Positions 41,836 through 53,053 of a stretch of DNA of 64,000 nt are shown piece after piece. Where the stretch lies: positions 272,172 to 336,171 of the forward strand of contig CBDFFH010000002.1 of NCBI GenBank assembly GCA_965246715.1. The letters run 5' to 3'. Below the pieces are notes generated by a model that was given only the letters and a program-made list of their open reading frames with translations, did no database searches and was not told where the DNA came from. Position 1 is the first letter of the stretch. Every line of letters begins with the position of its first letter. Made by a program: the position numbers and the translations under genes. Origin of the DNA: Chamaesiphon sp. (GTDB lineage Bacteria > Cyanobacteriota > Cyanobacteriia > Cyanobacteriales > Chamaesiphonaceae).

Positions 41836-43113
41836 TTATTTAGCAATTTGTAGGGCATCGCGTGCTGACAATCCTTCGCTATCCGTACCAAAATACCAAA
41901 TCGAGATCGCGACTTCCCCCAAATTGACCGTCTTTTTCGGTTGAAATAAAGTTGTATATCCAAATGCCCGCCGAATATTCGATCGATCGCCATTTTGAAA
42001 ATCAGCTAACACTGCCCGTAAAGCTTTCGGATCGATTTTCCCCGCATCCTGAAATCCCCACGTCTGTTTGACTGCCTCTAAAGAAGCTGCTGGCAAGGAT
42101 TGACGGGTATCGAGTGGGACTTTCCACAACATCATCTGTTCGCGCGTCAATGGGGCCTCGGGGCGAAATAGCACAGTTGTAACATCGCCACTAAGCGGAC
42201 TGGGAATCAGTCCCGCCTCAGCGAGTCCCTGAATGCTAGCAAAATCAGGATGATTGGCAGGGACATCTTGAAAAACAGGTTTGGCATCGCCAGCAGCTAA
42301 TTTAATCTGTTGGGTCGGTTTGGTACTATTGATGCGATTGTATGCTGCTAACAACCAGCGGGCATAGGCTCGTCGTAAAACGACCCGCTCGCTTGCCGGA
42401 GCTTTATTTGCAGCCGTCGTATCCGCACTAGTTAGTACGCCAAGTTGAGTCAAATCTCGCAAATAGTCGGCTGTGGCGACCGGTGGTGCAATGGTAGATT
42501 TGGTGGCGGGGAGTGAGGATGTTGTTGGGCTTGGCGACGTACTAGGGCTTGCCGTTACGGTGGGGGTGGGACTAGTGGTACCGCTCGGACTGGGAGTTGG
42601 CGTGCTTGTTGACTCACCAGTCGCGCCTACTAGCACGATCGTATATACCGTTCCCGATTGTTGTTTCTCTGTAGCGGTTTGCGGCGCGATGGTCACAGTG
42701 GTTTGCCCTTGCTTGGCAACTAATTGTGGTTCGCTATCGCTGGGCTGCGTGACGATTGCCCATTGCTTGGCGGGGAGCTGTTGCTGATAAAATTTATAGA
42801 CAACATCGATCGGATCTGAAGTCGTCCAGGTTGTAACTAGTCCCTTTTCTGGGGTCTGTTCTGTCGATTGAAGTTTGGCTTGGGGATATATTGGAAAATC
42901 GGCTGGTAAATTGCTGCTTGATTTAGCGGCATTATCGGTAGCGGTGGTGTTGTTCGGATTTGGTTGAGTTAATTTCGGGTCTGGAGCAAAGGGATTTTGA
43001 AGAGATTTATTACCACTACATCCAGCGACAAGTAAGATCGAACCAATAACGATCGATCGCCGCACGATCGTCAGAAAAATTTGTAATTGCCAATCGAGCC
43101 GGAAACATGACAC
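41836..43113 (-). CDS. S-layer homology domain lipoprotein
   Basis: LVAGC lipobox, S/T/P linker, FQDVPANHPDFASIQGLAEAGLI...FRPEAPLTRE; start uncertain. Confidence 0.85.
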   Translation of the reverse strand: MSCFRLDWQLQIFLTIVRRSIVIGSILLVAGCSGNKSLQNPFAPDPKLTQPNPNNTTATDNAAKSSSNLPADFPIYPQAKLQSTEQTPEKGLVTTWTTSDPIDVVYKFYQQQLPAKQWAIVTQPSDSEPQLVAKQGQTTVTIAPQTATEKQQSGTVYTIVLVGATGESTSTPTPSPSGTTSPTPTVTASPSTSPSPTTSSLPATKSTIAPPVATADYLRDLTQLGVLTSADTTAANKAPASERVVLRRAYARWLLAAYNRINSTKPTQQIKLAAGDAKPVFQDVPANHPDFASIQGLAEAGLIPSPLSGDVTTVLFRPEAPLTREQMMLWKVPLDTRQSLPAASLEAVKQTWGFQDAGKIDPKALRAVLADFQNGDRSNIRRAFGYTTLFQPKKTVNLGEVAISIWYFGTDSEGLSARDALQIAK

Positions 43114-43477
43114 AAATAATGAGGATATAGAGCTAGTACGAACTATTCACCACTGACGCACTCGCATGCAAAACCCATACCAAAAATTGCTAGTTCTGCG
43201 ATCGTCCATTCCTTAATCTGCACAGAAGTCTTAACTCTCTCAATCCAGTCTTTTAATTCGCAATCGAGTCTAACAGCGCAGTTGTCTCGGTCTGGGTGTC
43301 AAGCTTCACCATGATTATATCAAATTTTAGATTTTTTATTACCGATCTCATCCATCAGGGCTAAGCAATTCTCTAATTTTAGGGGTGGCTCTGTAGGGCT
43401 GACTTGACGTACTCGCGGCCTGGGTGGATGGACGAAGACAGCGAACGTTTCGCCGTTCGCTGTCTTCATGTCAAACG

Positions 43478-43612
43478 TCAGATTTTAGCTTGGAGGGATC
43501 TAATAAACTCTCTAATGATATCGGTTTTGGTTCTCTCCGTTTTGTCAGCAAAAGCTTCGAGAATTCTGAGTTCTTGCTCGGGAATCTTAACATTTAACTG
43601 TTTTAAAGACAT
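43478..43612 (-). CDS. Small CopG/ribbon-helix-helix protein (44 aa; not in ORF track)
   Basis: MSLKQLNVKIPEQELRILEAFADKTERTKTDIIREFIRSLQAKI. Confidence 0.75.
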   Translation of the reverse strand: MSLKQLNVKIPEQELRILEAFADKTERTKTDIIREFIRSLQAKI

Positions 43613-43930
43613 AGTGCGTGTGTTTCCTGGAATGATATACTGTGTTGGCTGATTCATGGTTTGTGGATCTATTTATACTGACAGGGTGGTTTAGAAAGGG
43701 TGACACAAAAGATAAGTTGTCAGTTTATTTTTTGCCACATTAAAATTAGCGCGAGTGCCGAGATCTGATTGCAACTAGGTTGCAAATGAGATGCTTAGCG
43801 ATCGCAAAATCGATCGATAGAGCTGTTGCGAAACAGACAACAAATACTCAGACTTACTCATCTCCATCTTGAATAGCAGTTAAGCGAACGGTCGATCGAC
43901 TGCTATTCAACATCTTCGGATCGCCTAAAT

Positions 43931-45157
43931 TTACTTAGGGCGACGATTTTGCAAGAACGCAGGTAAGTCAGCGCCTGCATTTTGGGGTGGTTGAGGCTTA
44001 GGGAAACTATCGTTACCGACTGAAGCGCCAGACTGTTGCTTGCGAACTTGTGGCTCGACTGGCGCGGAAGCAGTGCGTGGGCTAGTACTAGTACTGCGCG
44101 AACGATTTGCTGGCTCGGTAATTTCACCAGTAAACCCGGTGGCAATCACTGTGATCCGCATTTCGCCCTGCATTTTATCATCGATCACCGCACCAAAAAT
44201 AATATTGGCGTTGGGATCTACGACTTCATAAATAGTTTCCGCAGCAGTATTGACTTCACTGAGGGTCATATCGGAACCCCCAGTGATGTTGAGTACTACC
44301 CCCCGCGCACCCTCGATCGACGATTCGAGTAACGGTGAATGAATTGCTTGCATTGCCGCTTCGCGCGCTCGGGATTTGCCAGAGCCTTCACCGATACCCA
44401 TTAATGCCGACCCGGCATCTGCCATGACCGTGCGGACATCAGCAAAGTCAACGTTGATCAGTCCAGGGATAGTGATAATATCAGAAATTCCCTGTACCCC
44501 AGACCGGAGGACATCATCAGCGATCCGAAAAGCTTCCTGGACGGGAGTTTGTTCGTTGATTGCCTGCAAAAGTTTATCATTAGGGATAATGATCAGGGTG
44601 TCAACCTGACTTTGCAATCCACTAATTCCTTCCTCTGCTTGATTCGTACGGCGGCGACCTTCAAAAGTGAACGGACGCGTGACCACACCAACCGTCAATG
44701 CACCCATTTCCTTGGCAACCTCAGCTACGATCCGTGCTGCACCAGTTCCAGTGCCACCCCCCATCCCCGCCGTAATGAATACCAGATCGGCTCCTTCCAA
44801 TGCGTGCGCGATTTCTTCTCGGGATTCTTCCGCCGCTTTTTGACCGATTGCTGGATTACCACCAGCCCCGAGTCCGCGTGTCAGCTTTTGGCCTAATTGA
44901 ATCCGCCGCGTTGCTTCTGAATGAGACAGAGCTTGTGCGTCAGTGTTCATCGTCCAAAATTCGATTCCCTCGATATCGCTGGCGATCATCCGATTTACTG
45001 CATTACTGCCACCGCCGCCAACACCGATGACTTTGATGCGAGCTGCGCTGCTAAAAGTAAGATCGTCAGACATTCGTTCGTCCCTTGGTATGGTGTAGCT
45101 ATCTTGGATCGAGTGGCTTTTGAATCCTGGGTAGGAGAGTGGACTGGAATTGTTCAT
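43931..45157 (-). CDS. ftsZ: Cell division protein FtsZ
   Basis: [31 protein letters not shown]-terminal LPAFLQ. Confidence 0.98.
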   Translation of the reverse strand: MNNSSPLSYPGFKSHSIQDSYTIPRDERMSDDLTFSSAARIKVIGVGGGGSNAVNRMIASDIEGIEFWTMNTDAQALSHSEATRRIQLGQKLTRGLGAGGNPAIGQKAAEESREEIAHALEGADLVFITAGMGGGTGTGAARIVAEVAKEMGALTVGVVTRPFTFEGRRRTNQAEEGISGLQSQVDTLIIIPNDKLLQAINEQTPVQEAFRIADDVLRSGVQGISDIITIPGLINVDFADVRTVMADAGSALMGIGEGSGKSRAREAAMQAIHSPLLESSIEGARGVVLNITGGSDMTLSEVNTAAETIYEVVDPNANIIFGAVIDDKMQGEMRITVIATGFTGEITEPANRSRSTSTSPRTASAPVEPQVRKQQSGASVGNDSFPKPQPPQNAGADLPAFLQNRRPK

Positions 45158-45453
45158 ATGCTAGTTATTCGTGGGTGCGTTTAGAGCATAGTAACTCGCA
45201 TTGTAGATTTTTTTTTGAAATTCCTCAGATGATAATAAATACGCCCGACAGTTCGGTTTTTTGAATCTGACCCTGGTGAACCAGATTGCCGTGCCTACTT
45301 GCTAGGTAGACGATCGAACCGCTATAATATAGAGATTATAGAAGGATTAACTCGGGCTTCAATTATCATCTGTACGGTACTATTGATGTACTAAGATGTA
45401 ACTTTGAGCTGAGATCGCTACTTTTTGAATAATTTTCCGATAAAGTCGACCGA

Positions 45454-46239
45454 TTACTTAAGTTGAAGTTTGGGTGCGTCAGGATTTCCTAAGTCGAGGT
45501 AGTCAACCCCAAGTGGATCGGTATAGTTTCGCCAGTTTCGCAGTCGATCGAGTTGTTGAATTTGACTGCTCAATCTAGATTCTTCACCAGAACTACCTAA
45601 TCTTACCTTGCCTACTTCACTTTGTAAAATCAAATTTTGAGGATTGCGACAATCGACAATTCCGATTGTAACAGGGCTAGTCCGAACGGCTCGATAGAGT
45701 TGCTGCCAGCCAGGACAATCACCACGAACGGGTAGTCTCAATCGCAGTTTGGGTAGCGATTGTTGGACTAAGTATCGATAATTTGAAATTGGTTGCTGCC
45801 GTCCGCGCTCGTCCACAACTAGTTGTGATTCAGTCGTTTCATCCTGCATAATCCGTGCGACAGGTGGGAGATCCTGCACCTGCACTAGTAAATGCGGCGG
45901 CAACACCCCCCGCTCGATCCGCGCACTCGAGATCGATCCTCGTTCGAGCATTTGTTCGGTCAAGCTTGCTGGCGCTAATTCAACAATCGATTGTGGATAT
46001 TTAACCGCCAACATCGATCGAATCGTCCGATCGGTAAGATATTGATTACCCTCAATCCGAATCTGTTCGGGTGTGGCAATCGTCCAATCGCTTCGTCGCT
46101 GTGCCACCCAAGCAACCCCAGTCAAAATTCCGCACATACAACCAAATCGCCAGATCGATTTGATGACTCGAATTCGTTGCTGCTGTCGCAATTGTCGGCG
46201 GCGTTGTTTTAGTTGTTCTGAAGATAAGGGTTGCTGCAC
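45454..46239 (-). CDS. ftsQ: Cell division protein FtsQ/DivIB
   Basis: Basic N-terminus, TM helix, POTRA (IEGNQYL), YLDL; upstream of ftsZ. Confidence 0.85.
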   Translation of the reverse strand: MQQPLSSEQLKQRRRQLRQQQRIRVIKSIWRFGCMCGILTGVAWVAQRRSDWTIATPEQIRIEGNQYLTDRTIRSMLAVKYPQSIVELAPASLTEQMLERGSISSARIERGVLPPHLLVQVQDLPPVARIMQDETTESQLVVDERGRQQPISNYRYLVQQSLPKLRLRLPVRGDCPGWQQLYRAVRTSPVTIGIVDCRNPQNLILQSEVGKVRLGSSGEESRLSSQIQQLDRLRNWRNYTDPLGVDYLDLGNPDAPKLQLK

Positions 46240-46424
46240 GAGTAGGAGGTAGGGATAGTGGGCAGTGGACAGTGGCTAGTGGTTAGTAGCTGGTAAAAAA
46301 CTGTGCGATTTGCTATTTTGACTGTGTAAGTTGTTACACTCCACTGGTGACGAGTTGTCTAACCAACACCAGAGCTACTAGCAGCTTGCGTAAATATAAG
46401 TCAATTTTTCTGTTCCCATCGCTA

Positions 46425-46474
46425 GCTACTGTCTTGATGCGCTAAACCCTCGGGGAACCCGAGGAGCGCGCATC
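46425..46474 (-). repeat. Free-standing small hairpin cassette (…CTCCTCGG…CCGAGGGTTTAGCGC…CAAGACA)
   Basis: Near-identical to the cassette inside the MITE at ~31778-31824. Confidence 0.65.
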
Positions 46475-46486
46475 GCTAGTAACTAA

Positions 46487-47611
46487 CTACTTCGGCACAA
46501 ATTCTGTTCTTACCTGTTGCTTGTTATCGCTACTGACGACGATCGATTGGTCTTGCAATCTGCCGACACCGCGCGTACCAGTAAATTTGATGAGTGGAGC
46601 GATCTGTTGATAGACTACATTACCAGTTCCCACGATCTGTTGGGAAGTCATTTGCCAAACTAATCGATCGGCACGTAGCTTTGCTTGATTGCGGGTGGTC
46701 GCGCCGCGTACATTGCCTGTCAGCGTGGCAGTGGAGGCTTTGAGATCTAGTTCTCCAGCATTAGCATTAAATAGTGCAGCTTCTTTTTGGTGCAGAATCG
46801 TCAGCGGTCGATCGGTAGTTACCACTTCTCGATCGAAATTCCAGCTAAATGCGTCACCATTGACCTGAATTAGGGGATCTATGGCGTTGAGTTGCACCTT
46901 ACCCTGTAAATTAACTACTTTGCGATCGAGTGCCGTATCGAAGCGATTAGCTGTGACTTGGGAAGTGATTTTTTGTGATTGATATCGCTGAATTTGCACG
47001 GGACGCTCGCCAATAACTTTTTGCTGCTTGACCAGCCAAGTCATCTGTTCGGTTTGCATCGCCAAGCGGGGGTCGTTATACAATCCCGTAATCTTACCGG
47101 AGAGATCTAGTTGCTGTTTGCGGCTAAAATATTTGCCCTCACTAGCATTGGCCTGAAATTGGGGATGATTGGCTTGGACGCGATCGCGGATCGTTAACAC
47201 ATCTACTTTCGGTTGCCATTCGACCTCTTGACCGACGATCGTCAAATTATTGCGAGTTTCTTTGGCAATCACATCCCCATGCAAGACAAATTTGTCGCCG
47301 CCTTGCCCGATTTCGCCGGTTTTGGCAGTGACATGCAAAATGACTTGCCCATCCTGATAGAGGTCGCCATTTAAATTAGTAACCTTCGCAATCTTCCGAT
47401 CGGGAGTATACTCGCCACGTTCGGCGCGAACTTTCCACCACGGCTTACCCTGTTTATCCACTTGCTCGAAGCTGAGATTGTCTAGTTCTAGCTTTGCTTC
47501 GATCGGCGATGGCTTCGGACTATTAGTAGCTTGTGGTTTGGTGATAGAACACCCCCCCATCGCGCACATGCCGATCGCGCATACAAAACTTATACAGCGA
47601 TATCCCTGCAT
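46487..47611 (-). CDS. lptC: LPS export LptC-family lipoprotein (repeated beta-jellyroll)
   Basis: Lipobox; LEQ/GKPWW-type start; repeated LptC-like beta segments; cyanobacterial metG-NYN-lptC synteny. Confidence 0.75.
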   Translation of the reverse strand: MQGYRCISFVCAIGMCAMGGCSITKPQATNSPKPSPIEAKLELDNLSFEQVDKQGKPWWKVRAERGEYTPDRKIAKVTNLNGDLYQDGQVILHVTAKTGEIGQGGDKFVLHGDVIAKETRNNLTIVGQEVEWQPKVDVLTIRDRVQANHPQFQANASEGKYFSRKQQLDLSGKITGLYNDPRLAMQTEQMTWLVKQQKVIGERPVQIQRYQSQKITSQVTANRFDTALDRKVVNLQGKVQLNAIDPLIQVNGDAFSWNFDREVVTTDRPLTILHQKEAALFNANAGELDLKASTATLTGNVRGATTRNQAKLRADRLVWQMTSQQIVGTGNVVYQQIAPLIKFTGTRGVGRLQDQSIVVSSDNKQQVRTEFVPK

Positions 47612-47752
47612 TGATTAGATCTCCTGCCTAAGTTCGAGAATGCCATCGGCCTGTTTAGAAGCTATTAGTCTAGATCGATCGAGCGCGCTAAATAGTTGCC
47701 AATCGTGCCAGGAAATTGCAACGGTCGCCGATTCGATCGATCGTCCAACCGA

Positions 47753-48337
47753 TTAAGTCCAAAGATCGGGGGTAATCGATAAACTACTCCTAGGGGTTTT
47801 CTGGATCTCTTCTTTGACATTTTCCAAGTCGATGTATCGATCGGAGACATTGATCAGACTATCGCTAGTCATCGATCGCAAGCTGACGACTTCCACTCGG
47901 ACTCCTCGATAACTTACGGCATCTACGGCATACGCCAGATCGCCATCGCCACTGACGAGCACGGCTGTATCATAAGAGCCGACTAGTGCCATCATATCCA
48001 CAGCAATTTCGACATCGAGATTGGCTTTTTTAGAACCATCCGGGAGCTGGACTAAATCTTTGGCAATCACTCGATAGCCATTGCGCCGCATCCACAGCAA
48101 AAATCCCTGTTGTTTTTCATTATTCCGATCGACTCCAGTATAGAAAAAAGACCGCAGTAATCTCGATCCACCAGTAAGTCTAGCTAACAGCTTCGTATAA
48201 TCTATTTCGATGTTTAGTTGCAGTGCGGCATAAAATAAATTAGACCCATCCACAAAAATTGCTACTCGCCCGCGATTTTCCAGAACTTGTTGGGCTGAAA
48301 AGATCGATTTCTCATCGTGATTAAAACTATTTATCAT
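47753..48337 (-). CDS. NYN-domain LabA/DUF88 family protein
   Basis: IFVDGSNL, KANLDVEIAVD, LVSGDGDL. Confidence 0.9.
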   Translation of the reverse strand: MINSFNHDEKSIFSAQQVLENRGRVAIFVDGSNLFYAALQLNIEIDYTKLLARLTGGSRLLRSFFYTGVDRNNEKQQGFLLWMRRNGYRVIAKDLVQLPDGSKKANLDVEIAVDMMALVGSYDTAVLVSGDGDLAYAVDAVSYRGVRVEVVSLRSMTSDSLINVSDRYIDLENVKEEIQKTPRSSLSITPDLWT

Positions 48338-48457
48338 TCCGATCGGTTTTTATTAACTTAAAAAAAGTTTTGTAAAAATTGTTTTATAAAGTTGAGAAAT
48401 TATGCGATCGCAAAAATCTACTCACTACTATAGTACAGTGAGGACGAGCCACTAACA

Positions 48458-50068
48458 CTAACTCGGTAGTTCTAATTTGGCAAAAATCGGCTTGGGTTCG
48501 CCCAGAAGACTATCTGCGTTGAGGATGCCCCATTCCTGATGACGCTCCCAATCGCGGGGTAAATTTAACAAGGCGACATTTGTTGTCGCATTTTTACCAC
48601 AGATAAGATCGAAATCGATTTCTAGTCCTAATTGACGATAAATATCCGTGCTAATTTTTGGCACGATCGGCGATAGTAAATAAGCGGCCAAGCGCGCTGA
48701 CTCCAGAACAGAATATAAGACTCGGGCTAATTCTGAATGCTTTTCTTGTTTGAATAAAGTCCAGGGTGCGAGATCGTCAATGTATTTGTTGCTCGAGCGC
48801 ACCAAGTTGAGAATTGCTTCACAGGCAGCTTGAAAGGCTAAATTATTGTAATCGCGATTTACCCGCGCTCCCAAATCGCTACCCAAAAGTTTGAGCGGAT
48901 TGTCAGCGAGAATATCGGCCGCGTTGCAGTGAGGAACTTTGCCACCACAGTACTTTTTCGCCATCCCTAGCGTCCGGTTGACTAGATTCCCCAAACTATT
49001 GGCAAGATCCGCATTGACGATTTCGACAAAGCGCGTTTCATTAAAATCTCCATCTTGTCCGAACTCGATTTCTTTGAGAAAATAGTAGCGCAACGGTTCG
49101 GCACCATAGCGATCGACTAAATCGATCGGATCGATCGCATTTCCTTCACTTTTACTAATTTTTTTACCATCTTTGGTAAAGTAACCGTGGGCAAAAACGC
49201 GATGTGGAATTGGCAAGTCTGCAGACATCAGCATTGCTGGCCAATAAATAGCATGAAACCGCAAAATATCTTTACCGATTAGATGCAAATCGATCGGCCA
49301 GCGTTGACTCAGTGCATTCGCTAAATTTGGCTCGGCATCTGGATCGAGTAGTGCAGTCACATATCCCAACAACGCATCAAACCAGACATAAATTGTCTGC
49401 TGGGGATCGCTTGGGAGTGGAATACCCCAATTAACATTAACCCGCGAAATCGAGAAATCTTGCAATCCTTGCTCTACAAATTTCAATACTTCGTTGCGCC
49501 GCGCATTCGGTAGAATAAAGTCGGGACGTTCGGCATATAAAGCATCTAATTGGTGTTGATAATTGGATAAGCGAAAGAAATAATTGGTTTCATCGCGCCA
49601 TTCGACTTGCTTGCTGGGGTGCAGCGGACAATGTTTATCGGCGAGTAAATCTCGTTCTTCTTTAAATTCCTCACACGAGACACAGTACCAGCCTTGTTGT
49701 GTCCCTTGATAGATATCGCCGCGATCCCAGACCCGCTGAAAAAATTCGCGCACGACGATCTGATGATTGGGCGCTGTCGTTCGACTAAACCTGTCGTATT
49801 GGATATCCAACTTGCTCCAGAGTGCGTCAAATCTCGCCGCAATCCGATCGCAGTAAATCTGTGGCTCGATTCCTGCTGCTAGTGCCGTGCGTTCGATTTT
49901 TTGCCCGTGTTCGTCAGTTCCGGTAATCAGGAGGACGTCGCGCTGCTGGAGTCGCTGCCATCTGGCGATCGCATCAGCGGCCATTGTCGTGTAAGCATGA
50001 CCGATGTGCGGAATGTCGTTAACGTAATATAGTGGTGTGGTGACGGTATAAGTCTGTTGGTTGCTCAC
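48458..50068 (-). CDS. metG: Methionyl-tRNA synthetase
   Basis: TTPLYYVNDIPHIGH, GTDEHG, YVWFDAL, GKDILRFH, KISKS; likely GTG start at 50068. Confidence 0.96.
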   Translation of the reverse strand: MSNQQTYTVTTPLYYVNDIPHIGHAYTTMAADAIARWQRLQQRDVLLITGTDEHGQKIERTALAAGIEPQIYCDRIAARFDALWSKLDIQYDRFSRTTAPNHQIVVREFFQRVWDRGDIYQGTQQGWYCVSCEEFKEERDLLADKHCPLHPSKQVEWRDETNYFFRLSNYQHQLDALYAERPDFILPNARRNEVLKFVEQGLQDFSISRVNVNWGIPLPSDPQQTIYVWFDALLGYVTALLDPDAEPNLANALSQRWPIDLHLIGKDILRFHAIYWPAMLMSADLPIPHRVFAHGYFTKDGKKISKSEGNAIDPIDLVDRYGAEPLRYYFLKEIEFGQDGDFNETRFVEIVNADLANSLGNLVNRTLGMAKKYCGGKVPHCNAADILADNPLKLLGSDLGARVNRDYNNLAFQAACEAILNLVRSSNKYIDDLAPWTLFKQEKHSELARVLYSVLESARLAAYLLSPIVPKISTDIYRQLGLEIDFDLICGKNATTNVALLNLPRDWERHQEWGILNADSLLGEPKPIFAKLELPS

Positions 50069-50534
50069 AAGATAATTAAGATAGAAGCTAACATGTGACG
50101 GGAGCGCGTACCGATTTTCTTGCTGTTGAGGCAGAGGCTGCGCCAACTCAAGATCGTTGCTAATTAAGTTAGCAAGCGATAGTCAAAGCAAGTTCGGGGC
50201 GATCTCACAATGCTAAATACTCCCAAGGCGTACCTGTGGCTCGCTGTTTTGGCGCTAATGTTGGAATGATAAGCACCAAAGTTGAGTTCCGCTCGGACGC
50301 TGAGGACGATCGTTAAGATTGACAAATTGGCGCGATCGAAGATATTTAGTAAGGTCGATGTCGTCAAGCAGATACTACACATTGGCGGAGCATTTCTCCT
50401 CAAGTTATGCTGCCGAGTGTGCCAAGACGAAGCTCTAGTGTCCATCATAGATGAGGTTGTTACCGATCTTGCCGAACCTGACGGCTTTGTTAATAATTAG
50501 TAATTGGTTTGATGTTAGAATGAATAAAATCTGC

Positions 50535-50606
50535 GGGTAACTAGCTCAATGGTAGAGCATCGGACTCTTAATCCGTTGGTTGCGAGTTCGAGCCTCGCGT
50601 TGCCCA
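50535..50606 (+). tRNA. tRNA-Lys(CTT)
   Basis: Cloverleaf GGGTAAC/GTTGCCC, anticodon loop CTCTTAA, T arm GCGAG-TTCGAGC-CTCGC. Confidence 0.95.
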
Positions 50607-50766
50607 TCCCCTCAAACCTCGCTGTGTGCGGGGTTTTCGAGTTTCTACTCATATTCTAGTTTTACTCCATGTGGGGTAAAGCCTCTATTTATTCGTACCT
50701 ATTGGGTTACGTTCGGGTTTGTTGTTGGGTTAAATTTGAAGGTATTGAGTATCTTTTTATACGACC

Positions 50767-51903
50767 ATGCCTAAGCAAGCCAAGACCCCAGCGGGAGAAC
50801 CAAAGGTAAAAATCTGCAATGGAAGAATACAGATTGTATTAACTTATCGCGGCATTCGGAAATATCTATCATTGGGCTTACCAGAGTCCAAGTCGAACCG
50901 AGTTTATGCCGAGATGGTCAAGACTCGGATTATGTCCGATTTGATTAATGACAATTTCGATCCCACCCTCGACAAGTACAAACGGGATGCACTCAAACCA
51001 GATTCAGAGATTCAGCCAAATGATGATATCTCGATCGCACAATTATGGGAGCAATATACCAACTACAAACGACCACAATTAGCCCCATCGACAATAGCAA
51101 AAGACTTCGATCGGGTGGCTGTGTTTATCGGGAGATTCCCAGTTTCTACCCTAGACGGGGCTGTAGCTGTCAGAGACTATCTCAATTCAAACACGACACC
51201 GAATAGTACCAAACGAGTTTTAACCCAGCTTAACGCCTGTTGTACTTGGGCTGTGGATTCCAAGCTAATCGCAGTTAACCCATTCGTAGGCATGGCGGCG
51301 GGTATCAAAGCACCGCGCTGCAAGAGTGATGGGGAAGATATCGATCCTTTCACCCCAGACGAACGCGATCGCATCTTTCAAGTACTCAAAGCACTTAATA
51401 GCGAGTATGCCGCTCTAGTCGAGTTCATGTTTAGAACTGGCTGTAGACCATCGGAGGCGGTAGGTTTGCAATGGCGGCACATTAGCCATGACTTCAAAAC
51501 CATCACCTTCGAGCAAGCGGTCACGACTAGTGAGAATGGACTAGTGGTTAAGCAAGGCTTGAAGACTCAGCACAAAAGGATTTTTCCTTGCAACAAAGAT
51601 TTAACCGCTTTCTTAAAGTCGATCTCATCAGAGCAGATCGATCGAGAACAATTTATCTTCAAGTCTCAGAAGGGAAAGTTTATCGACTTTCACAACTTCT
51701 CTAATCGAATTTGGCACCCAACTTTAACTAATTTGGGTATCAAACAGCGCAACCCATATCAGATGCGGCATACTTTCATTACCTTCTGCATAAATATCGG
51801 GTTGAATGCTGCTGATGTCGCTTATTTAGTTGGAAATAGTCCTGAGATTATCTACAAGCATTATATGCGTCGAACCAAAGGCTTGATTGCTCCAGACATC
51901 TGA
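50767..51903 (+). CDS. Tyrosine integrase with N-terminal arm-binding domain
   Basis: TGCRPSE, K, YQMRHTF, VGNS..IYKHY. Confidence 0.93.
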   Translation: MPKQAKTPAGEPKVKICNGRIQIVLTYRGIRKYLSLGLPESKSNRVYAEMVKTRIMSDLINDNFDPTLDKYKRDALKPDSEIQPNDDISIAQLWEQYTNYKRPQLAPSTIAKDFDRVAVFIGRFPVSTLDGAVAVRDYLNSNTTPNSTKRVLTQLNACCTWAVDSKLIAVNPFVGMAAGIKAPRCKSDGEDIDPFTPDERDRIFQVLKALNSEYAALVEFMFRTGCRPSEAVGLQWRHISHDFKTITFEQAVTTSENGLVVKQGLKTQHKRIFPCNKDLTAFLKSISSEQIDREQFIFKSQKGKFIDFHNFSNRIWHPTLTNLGIKQRNPYQMRHTFITFCINIGLNAADVAYLVGNSPEIIYKHYMRRTKGLIAPDI

Positions 51904-51926
51904 TCAACAATTTAACAAACAATATT

Positions 51927-52913
51927 ATGAACGAATTACCTTTGAGGTTCATCGCATTTGATACATCATCTGGCGTTAAATATATTCCTAGCGACAAGAT
52001 GATGGAAGAAGCATTAAATTTCCCAGAACTGAACAAAGATTTCGCTCTTAGAATTCTGAGAAAATTCGATATTACAGATTCAGAGAAAGTCTCAGAACTC
52101 AATAGGACATTGAAACGGAGCGATTCTAGCTTGTGGGATGACCTTACTAAAGAATTGGGCATGGCTATCGATGCCGATCCGAAAATTTCGAGATACAACC
52201 CTAAATTATATGCCTATTTCTCTCTACAACAATACAGATTAGCTCAACCAAACGATCGCGATTTCAACTTAATACTCAGACAGTCTAGCGATCCGATATT
52301 CATAGGGTGGAGCAATCGAGTGGTAGAAAGAATGATAAATCATCCTGAATATCAAAACTTAAAGCTGCATGAATACAATAGTTCTTACGATGACATTACA
52401 TACTTAAATCATCTTATAGAGTATTGTGAATCAGTTTTTCCTCATCCTCTAAAACATCAGCAATCTATCAAATCAGATTACCAGAACAGAGCATCTAGAG
52501 GCGGATTATATGACAAACAACAAGCTGAATTATTTATCAGAATGGGGATGTGTTTTAGCGAACTAGATGAAGCCGTGAACCGAGCGGGTGAATGGGCAAA
52601 GACACATCCACACAAATTACAAAAGTCTCGCACGGTGAGACGGAGGGATAAAAAGAATGTTGTAACTGAAGTCAACAGAATAATTAGAAGAGGGGAAGGT
52701 GTCAAAGCAAAAGACATCGAGGTCGAGTTACTTTGTCGATGCTGGTTCTGTGGGATGTACCGAGTTGAGAATAGGCTAACTGACGGGGGACAACCTAGAA
52801 CGATAGATCGGTGTTGCGCCAATCCATCATGTGAACGCCTATTTGATGCTTGGTCTGAACACATCCGCGACAGAGGTATAGGCATTAACCAGCTTGAAAA
52901 GTTGGGGTTCTGA
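51927..52913 (+). CDS. Hypothetical protein with C-terminal Cys cluster
   Basis: 328-aa ORF co-oriented with the integrase; CRCWFC...CCANPSC. Confidence 0.65.
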   Translation: MNELPLRFIAFDTSSGVKYIPSDKMMEEALNFPELNKDFALRILRKFDITDSEKVSELNRTLKRSDSSLWDDLTKELGMAIDADPKISRYNPKLYAYFSLQQYRLAQPNDRDFNLILRQSSDPIFIGWSNRVVERMINHPEYQNLKLHEYNSSYDDITYLNHLIEYCESVFPHPLKHQQSIKSDYQNRASRGGLYDKQQAELFIRMGMCFSELDEAVNRAGEWAKTHPHKLQKSRTVRRRDKKNVVTEVNRIIRRGEGVKAKDIEVELLCRCWFCGMYRVENRLTDGGQPRTIDRCCANPSCERLFDAWSEHIRDRGIGINQLEKLGF

Positions 52914-53053
52914 TACGAACAGAGAAAATAAAATTAGTCCTGAAGACATTGCTAACAGAGGCTCACAGCTATTTTATGTTCACCACAGCCAAGAAATAAA
53001 AAAGCTGGAAGATTTATTTTGAGAATGTACACGAATTTAAAGGTTCTGACCCC

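Noticed and set aside
50164..50500. Short ORFs between metG and tRNA-Lys
   Set aside because: Overlap each other on opposite strands with no recognisable motifs or RBS
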